A stretch of DNA of 64,000 nucleotides from Vicinamibacteria bacterium. Its GTDB lineage: Bacteria; Acidobacteriota; Vicinamibacteria; Vicinamibacterales; JAENWD01. The notes under the pieces are model-generated. The model saw nothing but the letters and a program-made list of their open reading frames with translations, made no database searches and was not told the DNA's origin. The position numbers and the translations under genes were made by a program. Location of the stretch: assembly GCA_963763095.1 (NCBI GenBank), contig CAVXNR010000016.1, positions 13,308 through 77,307 of the forward strand, written 5' to 3'. This document shows, one piece after another, positions 45,762-56,279 of this stretch (position 1 is its first letter; every line of letters starts with the position of its first letter).

Positions 45762-46379
45762 GTGATTCAGGCCTTCATCCTGGCGCGCTCGGTGGCGGAG
45801 CAGGATCGGCTGCGCACGCTCGCCGCCTCGCCCGACATTGTCGTCGTCGGGGCGGCACCTTCGCTCGAGGCAATGGGTGCGATCCGACCGGACGTGGCGG
45901 TCCTCGCCGGCGACTATCTGCCGACGCCAGCCGAGCGCCGCGCGCTCCCCCCGGCCGTCATCTGGACCGACGACCCTCGCGCCACGGCACGCGTGAGGGC
46001 CTGGGGGCTCGCCGCGTGGGGTGTGGTCGGCCGCCGCGCGGCGCCGGCGCAACTGCAGGCAGCGGTGCTCGCGGTTGCCAATGGGTTATGCGTCGTTCCG
46101 CCCGAGAGCCTCGGGCCGCCAGTCGGTGACACGGCGCTCGGACTCGGGGACGACGACGAGGCAGACGGCGGAGCGCTCGAGGAGCCGCTGACAGCACGGG
46201 AGCATGACGTGCTCGAGATCGCCAGCCGCGGTCTGTCGAACCGTGAGGTCGCCGGCGAACTTGGCATCAGCGAGCACACGGTCAAATTCCACCTCGCGGC
46301 GATCTACGGAAAGCTGGGCGTATCGACGCGGACCGCCGCAGTACGCCGAGGGCTGCGCCGCGGCATCATCGAGATTTAG
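45762..46379 (+). CDS. LuxR-family transcription regulator with degenerate receiver-like N-domain
   Basis: C-terminal HTH LTAREHDVLEIASRGLSNREVAGELGISEHTVKFHLAAIYGKLGV. The N-terminal 120 aa are REC-like but lack the usual acidic pocket. Confidence 0.8.
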   Translation: MIQAFILARSVAEQDRLRTLAASPDIVVVGAAPSLEAMGAIRPDVAVLAGDYLPTPAERRALPPAVIWTDDPRATARVRAWGLAAWGVVGRRAAPAQLQAAVLAVANGLCVVPPESLGPPVGDTALGLGDDDEADGGALEEPLTAREHDVLEIASRGLSNREVAGELGISEHTVKFHLAAIYGKLGVSTRTAAVRRGLRRGIIEI

Positions 46380-46401
46380 ACCCAGTGCTCGCTTATGGTG
46401 T

Positions 46402-46498
46402 CACCGCACCGCTGATGTGGGGCAGGGCTTCAGCCCTGCAAATCGTCTAGCAGGCCTGAAAGCCTGCCCCACCTCACTACACAAGTGAATCGCGGGTT
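46402..46498. repeat. REP-like palindromic element, copy 3, inverted relative to copy 2, with a central deletion
   Basis: caccgcaccgctgatgtggggcagggcttcagccctgcaaatcgtctagcaggcctgaaagcctgccccacctcactacacaagtgaatcgcgggtt is the reverse complement of copy 2, including the extension. Confidence 0.9.
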
Positions 46499-46500
46499 TA

Positions 46501-47475
46501 GTGGCCATGATCAGTGCGGCGCCTGCCGACGATACCCTGCTCGACGCGTATTCACAGGCCGTCGTTGGCGTCGTGGAGCGAGTCGGGCCGAGCGTCGTGA
46601 AAATCGACGTCGGGGCTAAGACACGGGGTGCGCGATCGAGCCGGAGCGAGCGGGGTGGCACCGGCTCGGGCCTGATCGTGTCCCCCGACGGGCTCGTGCT
46701 GACCAACAGCCACGTGGTCGCCGGTGGCGGGGCGCTGCGGATCACCCTCGCGGATGGACGCGAGCTTGCGGCCGCCCTCATCGGCGAGGATCCTCACACG
46801 GATCTCGCGGTCATCCGCGCAGACGGCCAGGACCTCCCTTGTCAGGCGCTCGGGGCGTCGGGTCGACTGCGCCCAGGTCAGGTGGCAATCGCGATTGGGA
46901 GTCCCTACGGGTTTCAGCACACCGTCACGGCGGGCGTGATCAGCGCGCTTGGCCGCGCGCTGCGGTCACACACGGGACGGCTGATGGAGCACCTGATCCA
47001 GACGGACGCCGCGCTGAACCCCGGGAACTCCGGCGGGCCGCTGGTGACGAGCGCCGGCGAGGTCGTCGGAATCAACACGGCGGCAATCGTGGGCGTGCAG
47101 GGCATCAGCTTCGCGGTGCCGACGAGCACGGCGCGCATGGTGATTGGGGCCCTGCTCAGGGACGGTCGCGTGCGGCGCAGCTACATCGGCATCAGCGGTC
47201 ACGATACGGCGTTGCCGCCCCGCCTCGTCCGCTTTCACCGGCTCGACGAAACCGGCGCCGTGGCCGTCGCGGACGTGGCTCCCGGCAGCCCCGCCGCCGA
47301 GGGCGGCGTGCTGCAGCACGATCTGATCGTCGCTTTCGACGGGGCGCCGGTCTCCGGCATCGACGGTCTGCTTCGCCGCCTGACCGCGGATGCGATCGGG
47401 GTACCGGTGTCGCTCGATGTCGTACGCGGTCCGGAACGTCGAACGCTCCGTGTTGTGCCGGTGGAAAGTCCCTGA
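46501..47475 (+). CDS. HtrA/DegP-family serine protease with PDZ
   Basis: GSGLIVSPDGLVLTNSHVV, DLAVIR and TDAALNPGNSGGPL form the canonical triad context. PDZ is at the C-terminus. Confidence 0.85.
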   Translation: MAMISAAPADDTLLDAYSQAVVGVVERVGPSVVKIDVGAKTRGARSSRSERGGTGSGLIVSPDGLVLTNSHVVAGGGALRITLADGRELAAALIGEDPHTDLAVIRADGQDLPCQALGASGRLRPGQVAIAIGSPYGFQHTVTAGVISALGRALRSHTGRLMEHLIQTDAALNPGNSGGPLVTSAGEVVGINTAAIVGVQGISFAVPTSTARMVIGALLRDGRVRRSYIGISGHDTALPPRLVRFHRLDETGAVAVADVAPGSPAAEGGVLQHDLIVAFDGAPVSGIDGLLRRLTADAIGVPVSLDVVRGPERRTLRVVPVESP

Positions 47476-47493
47476 GGGGCGGTGTCGGCCCCG

Positions 47494-50400
47494 CTAGCGG
47501 GCGCGAGCGAGCCGTTCGAGCGCCAGTCGCGCCATCCACATCGGCTTGCGCGCACCCTCCGCGCGCTCCTCATCGATTGTCGCGCGCATGACGTCGAACG
47601 CGGCGAGCCGCTGCGGTTGGGGCATCGGCCGTGAGTCACCCCGCACCGAAAACCAGATGGCCTCGTTCAGCAGGCGCGGGTGCGCGGCGTCCGGTGTGGT
47701 GAGCGACATGTGCGCGGTCTGGTCCGCCCAGTACCGCTCGCGCGCGCTCGTTGGAGCGGCATAGACCAGATTGTCGATCGCCACCTCGGGCAGCCGGGCG
47801 CTGTACGGCTCGAGGTCGGCTGTGTCCGTGAAGATTGTCATCGGCACGGCAGCCGCGTCCAGCTGGTTCATCGGCGGAATGCCGAGCAGCAGCTCCAGCG
47901 TGCGAATCAGCGACACGGTGTTGTGCAGCTCGCGAACGAGCGCCCCGCGGCGGTTGTACGCGCTGATCACGAGCACGGGCGATCGGTGTGCATCCACGTG
48001 GTCGGGGCCGTCCTGCGCGTCGTCTTCCACGACGAGGATGGCCGTGTTCTTCCAGTAGGGGCTTCGTGACACGGCCTCGACCAGCCGTCCCAGCGCGTAG
48101 TCGTTGTCGGCCATGTGGAACTGCGGCGTGGGCAGACCTGGCGTGACGCCGACGGTGTGGTCGTTCGGCAGGTGGAGGATCGAGAGCGCCGGCAGGTGAT
48201 CCCCGCGGGCGGCCTCGAGATCGTTCACGGCCGCGCGGAAATCATCCAGCCATGCGCCAAGCCGCGAGGTGCCGCGGAAGCGCGAGTCCGGGTGATCGCG
48301 GGAGACGAGCGGATCCACGCGCATGCTCGACAGGTGTGTTGCCGCATAGCTCGTCGCAGTCATGGCATCAGGCGTCCACATGTCGAACGCACGGAACTGC
48401 GCGTTGTGGTGCGCCTCGAGCGCCTGCTTCGCCGGGACGGTTGCAACCGTCGCCGACACGTCGGGATAGACCTTGGGTTTGCGCCGATTGAACGCCGCTA
48501 CATCGTCCGCCGAGAGCGTGCCGACGAACTCGCCATAGGTTCGGTACGACAGTCCTGCGCGCGCGGCAGCGTCCCAGAGGTACAGCGAATCGGGCTCCGC
48601 TGCATCACGCCATCCATTCAGGTACGGAACGAACCGCCGCATGAACGCCGCCAGCTGCTCGGCGCTCGCGGGCAGCTGAAGCCCCTCCGGCAGCTCGGGC
48701 CCGTCGATGGTCGGCTGGCGGTTGAATCCCTCGTAGTCATAGCTGCGTCCCCGGCCGGAGTAGGCCCAGCGGAACGCCTTGTCGACGTAGTCGGTCGAGA
48801 ACGCGGCCGTAGACCAGTTGTGGCCATCCGGGCTCGCCTCGGAGTTGACGAAGAATCAATCGAAGAGGCCGAACCTGATCGCGAGCGCCCGGTGGTTCGG
48901 CGTAATGTCCTGCGGCGGCCCTCCGGGACGCCGCGCGGCCTCGCCCGCGCCGAACAAGGCAAGCGAGGGTTCCCCATCGGCGGGTGTGCCGTCGCCAGAG
49001 GCGGGAAGATCGCCGAACACCTGGTCGTACGTCCGGTTCTCCTTGATGATGTAGATCACGTGCGTAATGGGGGAAGGGCCGGCGAAGAGGCGCTCGACAC
49101 GTACACCGAGCAGCCCGTTCGCCTGCAGCACGCGGGTGGTCATGGCGCCGAGGGTGGCCGGGTCGGGGACGGTGAGCCGCCGCAGGCTGCCGCGCAACAG
49201 GGCCGGAGCGTAGGCGCCGCGCAGCTTCTCGTTGGCGGGGAACTCCGGAGTCGGTGCGTTGGGCCGTGCGGGGGGCTCGCCTTTGCCGTTGCCGATGTAC
49301 AGATCGGCACCGACCATCGCGACGACCGTCGGATACCGTGCCGTTGGCAGAAAGCCCACCACGCGGGTGCTCTGGCCGCCCTCCTCATCATCGCCGTCGG
49401 CGTCTTTCGGGTGCCCCGATGCCGGGAATACATCCTCGCCAAGCGCCACCACTGCAACCGACTGTGTCTGGGCATTGGCGACGAACAGCACGCGTTCGTT
49501 CGCGCTGAGCGCAAGCGCCTGGGGGCTGCTGCCCGTCCGCGCCGTGTCTCCCAGGCCGACGCCAATGCGCACCAGCTCGCGATCGGTCCTGGTGTCGATC
49601 ACCGACACCGTGTCACTGTTTGCGCTCGCCACGAACAGGCGCGACCCGTCGGCGGTCGCCGACATCGCATTCGGGTGCGACCCGACGCTGATGCGCTGCG
49701 TCACTCGGCCGCGTTTCGGATCGGCGACTGCAACGGTGGCGTCGTTCCAGCAGCTCACATACACCTTGTCGCGGCCATCCCGTCCCCGAATCACGCGGAC
49801 GTCGTACGGGTACACGAACTGGCCGCGGCGGGATGTCGGTCTGAGGCCGATCACGCGGAGCCGCGGCCGGGGCGCGGCGGGATCGCGCACGGCGGCAAGC
49901 GAATCGCCGAGGTTGTTCGCGACGTACAGCTCCCGTCCGTCCGAGCTGATGCCGAGACCCGTCGGATAGAGCGGCTCGCGCCCTTGGTTGTACGTGGCGT
50001 CGGCGGTGCCCGGTGCGATCCCGGCCAGCTCGATCGTGTCGGCCTTCAGAGGTCCGTCCTCGAGCCCATGAGCGGGCGCGATCGGGCGTGGTGCGCCCGC
50101 TGTGAAGGTGAAGCGCCAGATGCGGTTTTCGAACCCGCCCGACACGTACAGCGGCCATCCGCCCGACCGGTTCGGCTTGCGCCCGAACACGGCGCCGACG
50201 CTGGCGCTCTGCGGCGCTGGGAAATACACATCCTGGACAACCGCAGGCACCGGACTTGCCGCGAGATCGACCACCTGCAGCAGCTGCTGTCCCTCGTTGG
50301 CGTCCGCGCGGAGCTGCACACCAAAGCCGCTGTTGACCACCACCAGGTACCGTCCCGCGCCGCCCGGGCCTGAGGTGTCAGGCGACCGCAGCATGGTAAC

Positions 50401-50607
50401 CGGGAGCGATCCTTCGGCGACCGATCCATCGTCGCGAAGGACGACGTCACCGGCGGGATCGAGCGGCCGTTGCAGAGGGGGCGCGGCTTGCAGAGGCGCG
50501 CTGGCCGCAGGCCTCGTGTCTGGAGACGCGGACTGCGGCGCGGCGTGGCCGCGGCCGGCGAGGAGCACGAGGAGGAGACACACACCGGCAACACGATGAT
50601 CTCGCAT
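47494..50607 (-). pseudogene. Secreted beta-propeller (YncE-like) fused to a phosphoesterase (PLC/AcpA family) domain, interrupted by an in-frame TGA at 48856-48858
   Basis: Track ORFs 48856..50607 and 47494..48642 are in the same frame. Read-through gives ...RFGLFD*FFVNSEASPDGHNWSTAAF..., which is continuous phosphoesterase sequence after VIYIIKENRTYDQVFGDL. This could be a nonsense mutation or a base error. Confidence 0.75.
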
Positions 50608-50720
50608 GGGGTTCGCCGCTCAACCGGGTTGGAATCGCAGCATGATGCCATACGACGGGGGGACGGGGCTGCGCGGGATGGCTTGCCCTTTCCGGATGCG
50701 GCAACGGACAATCGAACCGG

Positions 50721-52925
50721 ATGCACTCTCTGCTCGTGGTCCTGTTCGTCCTTGGCGCCGCGTCTCAGTCGCCGACGCCCGTACGCGGCATCGTGGTCGA
50801 TCCGGCCGGCGCGCCGCTTGCTGGCGCGATCGTCGCCATCGATTCCGGAAACGAGTCTCCGGTCACCACCACCGCCGACGGGCGCTTCGAGATCTTGGCG
50901 GTCGCGCCGGGCTGGCGCCGGCTCACGATCACGCTTGCCGGCTTCCGGTCATCCGATGCGAGGACCTTCGTGCCGGCGCCCGGCGCGGCGAGCGTCGCGC
51001 CCGGAGAACTGCGGATCACGCTTCTGCCGCATGCCGCTGGCGAGATCGTCAGTGTGACGGCCACCCGCGGGAGCGAGCGGCTGGAGGGGGCCGCCCCAGT
51101 CTCCATGGTGACACCCCTCGACCTGCAGCTCGCGGCGTCGCCGGCGCTCGACGATGCGCTGCGGAGCGTGCCGGGGTTCAGTCTGTTTCGGCGGACGTCA
51201 TCGCGGACGGCAAACCCGACCGCGCAGGGTGCCTCGCTGAGGGGGCTCTCGGCCTCTGGTGCGAGCCGTGCGCTGGTGCTGGCCGATGGCGCGCCGCTCA
51301 ACGACCCCTTTGGGGGATGGGTCTACTGGGACCGCGTGCCGCAGGCGGCGATCGAGCGCGTCGAGGTCGTGCGAGGCGGCGCGAGCGACCTGTACGGTGC
51401 CGACGCCCTCTCGGGAGTCGTGCAGGTGCTGACGCTGCGGCCGCGTGAACCGTCGGTCAGCGCCACGATGGAGGCCGGATCGCACGCGACGCCGCGCGCA
51501 TCGCTATTCACCGGCACGGCCGGACGCGGGTGGACCGCTTCGATTGCGGGCGAGGCGAGCCAGACCGATGGCACGTACGTGATCGCGCCCGAGGATCGCG
51601 GCAGCGTGGATGTGCGCGCGGGCAGCGACTACGGGAGCGCCCTCGCCGCCGTGGCCGTGCAGCACCCGTCCGGATGGTCGCTCCGCGTGCGCGGCGACGG
51701 CCTCGGGGAGAGTCGGGAGAATGGGACACCGCTGCAGATCAACAGCACCGGTGTGCGGCAGGGACGTTTCGATCTGGCCGGACCGGTCGGCGGCGGACAG
51801 TTCGAGATCTACGGACAGATCGGTGATCAGGTGTACCGCCAGGCGTTCTCGTCCATCGGGGAGTCCCGCAATAGCGAGACGCTCACGGTCCGCCAGCGTG
51901 TGCCGGCCTCGCAGTTCGGATACGGCCTGACCTGGCGGCGTCTGCTCAGGTCGGTCGATCTGCTCGCCGGGGCAGAGACCCGGGAGGTCGTCGCCACCAA
52001 CGAGGAGACCGCGTTCCTTCCCTCGGGCGCCGTACGGTCGGTCACGAACACACGGGGATTTCAGCGCAGCAGCGGCGTGTTCGCGCAGGTCCGCGCGGAG
52101 CTGGGCTCGAGGACGACGCTCGTGGCGGGAGCACGTGGCGACCTGTGGCAACGCGAGCGCGACGGGCTGGAGGGCACGGGGGTTCTGTCACCGCGCGTGT
52201 CGGTCTCGCACCGTCTCGCCGACCGTGTCGCGATTCGTGCGGCATTCACGTCGTCGTTCCGGCCGCCCACTCTGAACGAACGCTACCGCGGCTTCCGGGT
52301 CGGCAACGCTGTGACCCTGGCGAACCCGTCGCTCGAGCCCGAGGAGCTGTCGAGCGGTGAGCTCGGGGCACACATCGAGCTGCCGCGCGGCACGCTGCGG
52401 GCGACACTCTTCGCCGCCAGCCTCGAGTCGGCCATCACGAACGTCACCCTGTCGTCCACGCCGCAGCTGATCACGCGCCACCGGGAGAATGCGGGTACCG
52501 TTCACGCCACCGGACTCGAGACCGAAGGTGAGTATCGCGTGCGGCAGGGGCTCTCGATTCTGGGCTCGGTGACCTTTACGCGCTCGCGGTTCGTGGACAC
52601 ACCGGCGCTCTCGGGCAATCGCGTGCCCCAGGTGCCGCTGTGGCAAGGGACCGCGGCCATGCGGTGGACGGCGCCAGGCGCGGTCGGCGTCCAGGTGCAG
52701 CTGCGCGCTTTCGGCGATCAGTTCGAGGATGACCGCAACACGATGGTGCTGCGGCAGGCGGCGCTGCTCGACCTCTCGCTCACGCGGCCGGTGACCCGCA
52801 GAGTGGCGGCGTTCGCCGCGGCGGAGAACCTGTTCGATACCGACTACGACACGGGGCGGACGCCTACCCGCACCATCGGTATGCCGCTCACCATTCGCGC
52901 CGGTGTGCGGCTGTTCCTGCCGTAG
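50721..52925 (+). CDS. TonB-dependent receptor with N-terminal carboxypeptidase-regulatory-like domain
   Basis: VRGIVVDPAGAPLAGAIVAI...ADGRFEI, the plug region LRSVPGFSLFRR...GASLRGL, IERVEVVRGGASDLYGADALSGVV, and a long beta-barrel. Confidence 0.85.
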   Translation: MHSLLVVLFVLGAASQSPTPVRGIVVDPAGAPLAGAIVAIDSGNESPVTTTADGRFEILAVAPGWRRLTITLAGFRSSDARTFVPAPGAASVAPGELRITLLPHAAGEIVSVTATRGSERLEGAAPVSMVTPLDLQLAASPALDDALRSVPGFSLFRRTSSRTANPTAQGASLRGLSASGASRALVLADGAPLNDPFGGWVYWDRVPQAAIERVEVVRGGASDLYGADALSGVVQVLTLRPREPSVSATMEAGSHATPRASLFTGTAGRGWTASIAGEASQTDGTYVIAPEDRGSVDVRAGSDYGSALAAVAVQHPSGWSLRVRGDGLGESRENGTPLQINSTGVRQGRFDLAGPVGGGQFEIYGQIGDQVYRQAFSSIGESRNSETLTVRQRVPASQFGYGLTWRRLLRSVDLLAGAETREVVATNEETAFLPSGAVRSVTNTRGFQRSSGVFAQVRAELGSRTTLVAGARGDLWQRERDGLEGTGVLSPRVSVSHRLADRVAIRAAFTSSFRPPTLNERYRGFRVGNAVTLANPSLEPEELSSGELGAHIELPRGTLRATLFAASLESAITNVTLSSTPQLITRHRENAGTVHATGLETEGEYRVRQGLSILGSVTFTRSRFVDTPALSGNRVPQVPLWQGTAAMRWTAPGAVGVQVQLRAFGDQFEDDRNTMVLRQAALLDLSLTRPVTRRVAAFAAAENLFDTDYDTGRTPTRTIGMPLTIRAGVRLFLP

Positions 52926-52940
52926 GTGCCGCCGGCGCTG

Positions 52941-52992
52941 AAGTCCCGGCCACAAATCCACGTCGCTCCGCCGGGACTTTAGTCCCGGCGGA
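52941..52992. terminator. Nested hairpins built from three copies of AGTCCCGGC between convergent genes
   Basis: aagtcccggc (52941-52950) pairs with gccgggactt. tccgccgggact (52967-52978) pairs with agtcccggcgga (52981-52992). Confidence 0.4.
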
Positions 52993-53018
52993 CTACACCC
53001 TTCAGATTCACCGCACGC

Positions 53019-53432
53019 TCAGTGGTCGTGATCGGTGCCGGACTGCCCGGTCGGGCGGTTCCCGATGCGGTCGCCCGATGCCGTGCCGTCGGACGGCTGA
53101 GGGACCGCCGCCGCCCGCACATCCCGGCCGCGCACCCAGCGAATCGTGGTGGTCTCCCCGGATGCGGATTGGTAAGGTCTGACTTCAACCACCACCTCGT
53201 CGGGTGAGTACGGGAGCGCCTGCATCACGAGGTGGTCCGCTATCCTCTGCGCCTTGTCGGGGCGCATCGCGTCCACCCGGAACGCGATGCGTTTGTCCTC
53301 GACCCTTCGCTGCACAACCTCGTAAGGGCCGGTCTTGTCGGTTGTGGTCGCGGTGATGTCGGTGAGCGGTGCGCCCGGTGCAGCCGAGCACGCCGACGTG
53401 ATGAGGGCAAGGAGGCAAATCGCGTATCGCAT
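53019..53432 (-). CDS. Small lipoprotein, unknown function
   Basis: ATG at 53432 within track ORF 53019..53588. The lipobox-like segment is MRYAICLLALITSAC. Confidence 0.5.
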   Translation of the reverse strand: MRYAICLLALITSACSAAPGAPLTDITATTTDKTGPYEVVQRRVEDKRIAFRVDAMRPDKAQRIADHLVMQALPYSPDEVVVEVRPYQSASGETTTIRWVRGRDVRAAAVPQPSDGTASGDRIGNRPTGQSGTDHDH

Positions 53433-53592
53433 GCCGCACGCTGACGCAATGTTGGCGCCAACCGCATACGCACGAATCTCAACCGCACGGCCGAGTGTTC
53501 CCGCGGGCCACCCCCGCCCGCGCCCCTGGGCGGAGCGTGCAGAGCCGGACTCCGCGGCCCGATAAGCCCACGAGCGCGCCGCCCGCACAGCA

Positions 53593-55677
53593 GTGCAGCG
53601 ACGAGGAATGGTGAGTCGATCCAGGCAAGGAACATGGCAGTTGAAGGCGCGCTACCCATCCGCTGACCGTCGGTCGACAGCATCGCGGCTGGCTGTCGCG
53701 CTGGCGTGCGTCTGTGCGTGCTCCGAGCCTGTGCGCGCCGCCGCACAGACCCCCGGACCGGTTGCGCAGGCCGAACAGCAGGCGGTCGCCGACCTGTCGC
53801 TCGAGGATCTGCTGAAGCTGAAGGTGGAGACAGTGTTCGGCGCGTCGCGTGTGGTGCAGGAAATCACCCACGCACCGGCCTCGGTCACCGTCATCACCCG
53901 CGAGGAGATCCGCACGCACGGGTACCGGACCCTCGCCGACGTCCTGCGCACTGTCCGTGGTTTTTACGTCACCAACGACCGCAACTACAGCTACGTGGGT
54001 GTGCGTGGCTTCGCGCGCCCGGGTGACTACAACTGCAGGGTGCTCGTCCTGGTCAACGGCCACCGCCTGAACGACACGATCTTCGAGGGTGCGCTGCTCG
54101 GCACCGAATCCCCGCTGGACGTGGCCTTGTTCGAACGCGTGGAGGTCATCCGCGGGCCGAGCTCGTCTGTCTACGGCACGAGCGCCTTCTTCGGCGTCGT
54201 CAACCTCGTCACCCGTCCGGGGGGATCGCTGAACGGTGTCGAGGCGGAGGCCCAGTTCGGATCCGAGACGACGCGCAGCGGCCGGGTGACGGTTGGCGGT
54301 CGCAACGCCCGGGGCCTCGAAGGGTTCGCCTCCGTCACCGGCTTCGCGACGGACGGGAACCGCCGCTTGTACTACCCGGAGTTCGATGACGGTGCCTCGG
54401 GCGCGGGCATCGCGCACGACGCCGACGCGGACGCGTCACGCAGTGCGTTCGCGAGCGCCAGCGCCGGGCCGCTGCAGCTGCAGGCCGGGTTCGGGTCGCG
54501 TCGCAAGACCGTTCCCACCGGCCCCTTCGACACCATCTTCAACGACCCGGGAACTCGCACGCGCGACGCCCGCACGTTCGTCGATCTGCAGTTCACCCAC
54601 CGGTTCCGGCCGCGGACGACCGTCCTGCTGCGCGCCGCCTACGATCAGTACGAGTACACGGCAACTACGCGTACCGAGCCCGGACTGTTCACGGACAACG
54701 CCCGGGGCGCCTGGGTCACCACGGAGGCAACCGGAGTTCGCCGCTTCCAGCGGCACGCGCTCACAGCCGGGATCGAGTACCGCAACAACCTGCGGCAGAA
54801 CCAGTCCGCGGTGGACGAGACCGGCGTCCTGCTGGACGATCGCCGCAACTCGCAGACAGTGGGCGTGTACGCGGAGGACGAGTTCCGCATCACGTCGAAG
54901 GTGCTGCTCAACGCGGGCCTGCGATTCGACAACTACTTCGCCGGCTTCGGTTCCACGGTGAACCCGCGTGTGGCGCTAATCGTGTCGCCGTTCGATACCA
55001 CGACCGTGAAGGTGCTGTACGGTCGGGCCTTCCGCGCGCCGAACCCGTATGAGCTGTATTACGACAACAACGTCCTGAGCGCGACCCTGGAGCCGGAGCG
55101 CATTTCGACACGAGAAATCGTCGCGGAGCAGCGAATCGGGGCGCGTGCGCAGGTTACGGCTTCGCTCTTTCAGAACCATGTCAAGGACCTGATCACGCAG
55201 CGCAGCGGCAGCGATGACACGCTGGACGGTCTGTACTTCCAAAACCTCGACGGGGTTACCGCGACGGGGACCGAACTGGAACTGCAGACGGAGTTGCCGG
55301 GGCACCTCCGGACCCGCGTGGCATACGCCTACGGCTCGACGCGCGACACGGCGACGCGCCTTCGCATCAGCAACTCCCCGGCCCAGGTCGCCACGGTGGT
55401 TCTCGACGCGCCGGTGGCGCGCACCGGGATGGTGGCGGCCTTGAACGGGCACTACATCGGCGCGCGCCGCACGGTGCACGACGCCAGGGTGCCCACGGCA
55501 TTAGTGGCTGACGTCACGCTCTCGCGGTTCCCGTCGCGGCGGGGGCTCGGGTTCTCGGCCTCGCTGCACAACCTGTTCAATGCTGCGTACGGCGACCCGG
55601 GCTCGGTCGAGCATCGCCAGCAGATCATCGTGCAGGACGGGCGCACGATCAGCGTGCGGGCGACGTGGCGCTACTGA
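53593..55677 (+). CDS. TonB-dependent receptor (YfiR/CHASE8-associated type)
   Basis: Plug region LSLEDLLKLKVETVFGASR...SVTVITREEI...LADVLRTVRGFYV and VEVIRGPSSSVYGTSAFFGVVN, ending in the aromatic TWRY. The start is uncertain (53593 GTG or 53608 ATG). Confidence 0.85.
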   Translation: MQRRGMVSRSRQGTWQLKARYPSADRRSTASRLAVALACVCACSEPVRAAAQTPGPVAQAEQQAVADLSLEDLLKLKVETVFGASRVVQEITHAPASVTVITREEIRTHGYRTLADVLRTVRGFYVTNDRNYSYVGVRGFARPGDYNCRVLVLVNGHRLNDTIFEGALLGTESPLDVALFERVEVIRGPSSSVYGTSAFFGVVNLVTRPGGSLNGVEAEAQFGSETTRSGRVTVGGRNARGLEGFASVTGFATDGNRRLYYPEFDDGASGAGIAHDADADASRSAFASASAGPLQLQAGFGSRRKTVPTGPFDTIFNDPGTRTRDARTFVDLQFTHRFRPRTTVLLRAAYDQYEYTATTRTEPGLFTDNARGAWVTTEATGVRRFQRHALTAGIEYRNNLRQNQSAVDETGVLLDDRRNSQTVGVYAEDEFRITSKVLLNAGLRFDNYFAGFGSTVNPRVALIVSPFDTTTVKVLYGRAFRAPNPYELYYDNNVLSATLEPERISTREIVAEQRIGARAQVTASLFQNHVKDLITQRSGSDDTLDGLYFQNLDGVTATGTELELQTELPGHLRTRVAYAYGSTRDTATRLRISNSPAQVATVVLDAPVARTGMVAALNGHYIGARRTVHDARVPTALVADVTLSRFPSRRGLGFSASLHNLFNAAYGDPGSVEHRQQIIVQDGRTISVRATWRY

Positions 55678-56279
55678 GTGCCGCGGCCTCGGCCGCACCT
55701 CGCCGCCGCGCATCCAGGCCGTTGGCGCACCGCAACATCCTCCGAACGGTCCTCACGTGCGTCGCAGTCGCCGCAAGCGTTCAGGAGCACCCCGGTGCTA
55801 CCTCGCGTGCCGACGAATACCGCGTGAAGGCTGCCTTCGTCTACAACATCGCCCGATTCGTCGATTGGCCGTCGGCGGCGTTCGTGGACGGCGGAGCTCC
55901 CGTGGTTGTGTGCGTGCTTGGCGTGGATCCCTTCGGCAGCGCGCTCGACGAGGCCCTGCAGGGACGCACGGTGAAGGGGCGGCCGGTGACGATCAGGCGC
56001 TCTCGTCGATCTCGGTGTGGGGTGCCACGTCGTCTTCATCGCCTTTTCTGAGCACAAGCGCGTGGAGGACATCATCGACCGGTTGGGAGCCGCGCCGGTC
56101 CTCAGCATCAGCGAGGTCGATCGGTTCACGCAACGAGGGGGCATCATCGGGCTCACGATGGACGGGGCGTATGTCCGGTTCGACATCAACGCCACCGCAG
56201 CGGACCGCGCGAAGCTGACGATGAGCGCCCGCCTGCTCGCGCTGGCCTCCTCGGTGCGAGGCGCTGCAGGAGGGGGACG

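Noticed and set aside
43119-46498. Annotating the REP-bracketed block as an insertion sequence or transposon
   Set aside because: There is no transposase, integrase or recombinase ORF inside or next to it, and I could not identify target-site duplications. It is kept only as a hypothesis of passive, REP-mediated rearrangement.
48856-48858. TGA as selenocysteine or other programmed recoding
   Set aside because: I could not see a SECIS-like hairpin immediately downstream. The phosphoesterase family is not known to use Sec at this position. A substitution or base error is the simpler explanation.
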